Shown piece by piece: positions 36,486-38,083 of a DNA stretch of 38,083 nucleotides. The stretch is from Candidatus Aenigmatarchaeota archaeon. GTDB taxonomy: Archaea > Aenigmatarchaeota > Aenigmatarchaeia > CG10238-14 > SCSR01. The stretch is taken from the NCBI GenBank assembly GCA_026397385.1, contig JAPLUY010000040.1, positions 1 to 38,083 of the forward strand, given 5' to 3'. The position numbers and the translations under genes are program-made. The notes beneath the pieces were generated by a model that had not been told where the DNA came from, made no database searches, and saw only the letters and a program-made list of their open reading frames with translations. Numbering within the stretch: position 1 is the stretch's first letter; each line of letters opens with the position of its first letter.

Positions 36486-37934
36486 ATGCCGCTGAAAGAT
36501 CAGCTGAAGGAGGTCAGGAAGGACGTTTGGGAGCTGCCAGCGTCCGCGAAGCCGGGCATGCGCGTGCCTGCGAGAATGTTTCTGTCGAAGAAGCTGCTCG
36601 GCGATGTCGAGGAAGGCGCGCTGGAACAGGTCGCGAACATCGCATTCCTTCCGGGCATCCAGCAGAACAGCATCGCGATGCCTGACATGCACTTCGGCTA
36701 CGGTTTCCCGATAGGCGGCGTGGCGGCGCTCGACTATGAGACGGGCGGTCTGAGCCCTGGCGGTATAGGTTTTGACATAAACTGCGGGGTTCGGCTTCTG
36801 CGTTCGAACCTCCGAGCGGACGACATACGTCCGAAACTGCCGAAGCTGCTTGATGCTGTTTTTCACAACGTGCCGTCCGGTGTGGGCGTGGGCGGTAAGA
36901 TAAAGCTCACCGCAGCGCAGCTGCGCGACGTGCTCGAACGCGGAGCGGCCTGGGCAGCGGAAAACGGCTACGGCACGAAGCGCGACATCGAGCACCTGGA
37001 GGAGCGCGGATGCATGAAGGGCGCGGACGCGTCGAAGGTTTCTGACAAGGCGCTGAAGCGCGGGGCTCCGCAACTGGGCAGCCTCGGCGCGGGCAACCAC
37101 TTCCTCGAAGTGCAGCGCGTTGAACGCGTGTTCCTGCCGGACGTCGCGAAGGCGTTCGGCATCACTGGCGAAGGACAGGTGACGTTTATGATACACTCGG
37201 GCTCCCGGGGGCTCGGGCACCAGGTCTGTACGGACTATCTGCAGACCCTGGAGAACAAGTTCCGTGACGAAATCCGCAGCCTGCCAGACCGCGAGCTCGT
37301 CTACGCCCCGGCAGGCACCAAGGAGTGCGACGCCTATTTTGCGGCGATGGCGTGCGGCGCGAACTTCGCCTGGACCAACCGGCAGATGATAATGCACTGG
37401 GTGCGCGAGAGCGTGCTGCAGGCGCTCGGAGCGAAGGAAGCGGATGCCGGCATAGAAGTGGTGTACGACGTGGCGCACAACATCGGCAAGATCGAGGAAC
37501 ACGAGATAGACGGCCGCAAGCGCAAGGTGTACGTGCACCGCAAGGGCGCGACGCGCGCGTTCCCCGCCGGGCACGCGGACATACCTGCCGATTATCGCAA
37601 GTTCGGCCAGCCCGTGCTGATCCCCGGTTCTATGGGAACGGCGTCGTACGTGCTAGTGGGCACGGAGACGGCGAAAGAGACGTTCTACTCGACCGCTCAC
37701 GGAGCCGGCCGGGCAGCTTCGCGCACGAAGATGCTGCGCGGCATGAGCGGCCAGGACGTTGCGAAGAAGCTGCTCGACGCCGGAATCCTGAGCAAGGCCG
37801 CGAACTGGCAGGTCATGGCCGAAGAGGCTCCCGAGGCGTACAAGGACGTGGACGAAATCGTGCGCGTCTGTGAAAGCACGGGCATAGCGCGCATAGTCGC
37901 GAAGTTGCGACCTATGGCCGTGGCGAAAGGATGA
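36486..37934 (+). CDS. rtcB: RtcB RNA 3'-phosphate ligase (tRNA-splicing ligase)
   Basis: MPDMHFGYGFPIGGV, GFDINCGVRL, GAGNHFLE, HSGSRGLGHQV, VAHN, HRKGATRA, PGSMG, TAHGAGR. The track ORF starts at 36402, but ATG 36486 (MPLKDQLKEV...) gives the usual ~482 aa. No intein is present. Confidence 0.92.
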   Translation: MPLKDQLKEVRKDVWELPASAKPGMRVPARMFLSKKLLGDVEEGALEQVANIAFLPGIQQNSIAMPDMHFGYGFPIGGVAALDYETGGLSPGGIGFDINCGVRLLRSNLRADDIRPKLPKLLDAVFHNVPSGVGVGGKIKLTAAQLRDVLERGAAWAAENGYGTKRDIEHLEERGCMKGADASKVSDKALKRGAPQLGSLGAGNHFLEVQRVERVFLPDVAKAFGITGEGQVTFMIHSGSRGLGHQVCTDYLQTLENKFRDEIRSLPDRELVYAPAGTKECDAYFAAMACGANFAWTNRQMIMHWVRESVLQALGAKEADAGIEVVYDVAHNIGKIEEHEIDGRKRKVYVHRKGATRAFPAGHADIPADYRKFGQPVLIPGSMGTASYVLVGTETAKETFYSTAHGAGRAASRTKMLRGMSGQDVAKKLLDAGILSKAANWQVMAEEAPEAYKDVDEIVRVCESTGIARIVAKLRPMAVAKG

Positions 37935-37943
37935 GACGCAGGC

Positions 37944-38083
37944 TCACACGTCGAATATGACCTGCACGCGGTAATACTCGCCGTCCTTGCCTATCTCCAT
38001 CTTGTGGTACGTCACGGCCTTGACCTCGCCGCGCATCTCGTGCTTCTTCGGGTCGGTCTTCTCGCCCCACGCCGTGCCCTTCA
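37944..38083 (-). CDS. Archease (RtcB activator), C-terminal part only; 5' end lies beyond the window
   Basis: My reverse-strand translation gives ...KGTAWGEKTDPKKHEMRGEVKAVTYHKMEIGKDGEYYRVQVIFDV-stop (TGA 37946-37944). E(V/I)KAVTYH and the (V/I)DV terminus are archease hallmarks. Confidence 0.75.
   Translation of the reverse strand, partial: KGTAWGEKTDPKKHEMRGEVKAVTYHKMEIGKDGEYYRVQVIFDV

Noticed and set aside
36435-37574. 379-aa reverse-strand ORF inside rtcB
   Set aside because: Shadow of rtcB. The plus strand has every RtcB signature.

Overview
Archaeal chromosomal segment carrying TBP, MCM, Rpo11/RpoL, eS26, Dph2, archaeal-type AspRS and RtcB plus archease. It looks GC-rich by eye (not computed) and is very compact: most spacers are under 100 nt, several convergent gene ends lie 1-15 nt apart, and many starts sit about 25-30 nt after a TATA-like box. 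This style suggests a small-genome, DPANN-like archaeon, which is inference only. About 36% of the window is one 13.8-kb ORF (4602 aa). It encodes a modular Cys- and Thr-rich surface protein with seven right-handed beta-helix regions, a lectin/lyase-like region and four families of internal repeat modules, some copies nearly identical at nucleotide level. The rest comprises housekeeping genes, a type IV pilus/archaellum-like locus (two class-III-signal pilins, two T2SS-F membrane proteins, a FlaI/GspE-type ATPase), a membrane-anchored BFN nuclease, a PflX-like radical SAM protein and two AT-richer orphan genes. Two replication/repair genes carry intervening sequences. MCM has a 382-aa LAGLIDADG intein in its Walker A loop. 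rnhB (RNase HII) is split by a 32-nt out-of-frame insert bracketed by a bulge-helix-bulge-like fold, and the predicted cleavage sites of that fold remove exactly the 32 nt needed to restore the conserved GIDEAGRG..GP catalytic motif. That is my top candidate for something new: an archaeal mRNA intron outside cbf5. I recognised no rRNA, tRNA, CRISPR array or transposase. All calls come from reading the sequence and ORF translations; no database search was possible.
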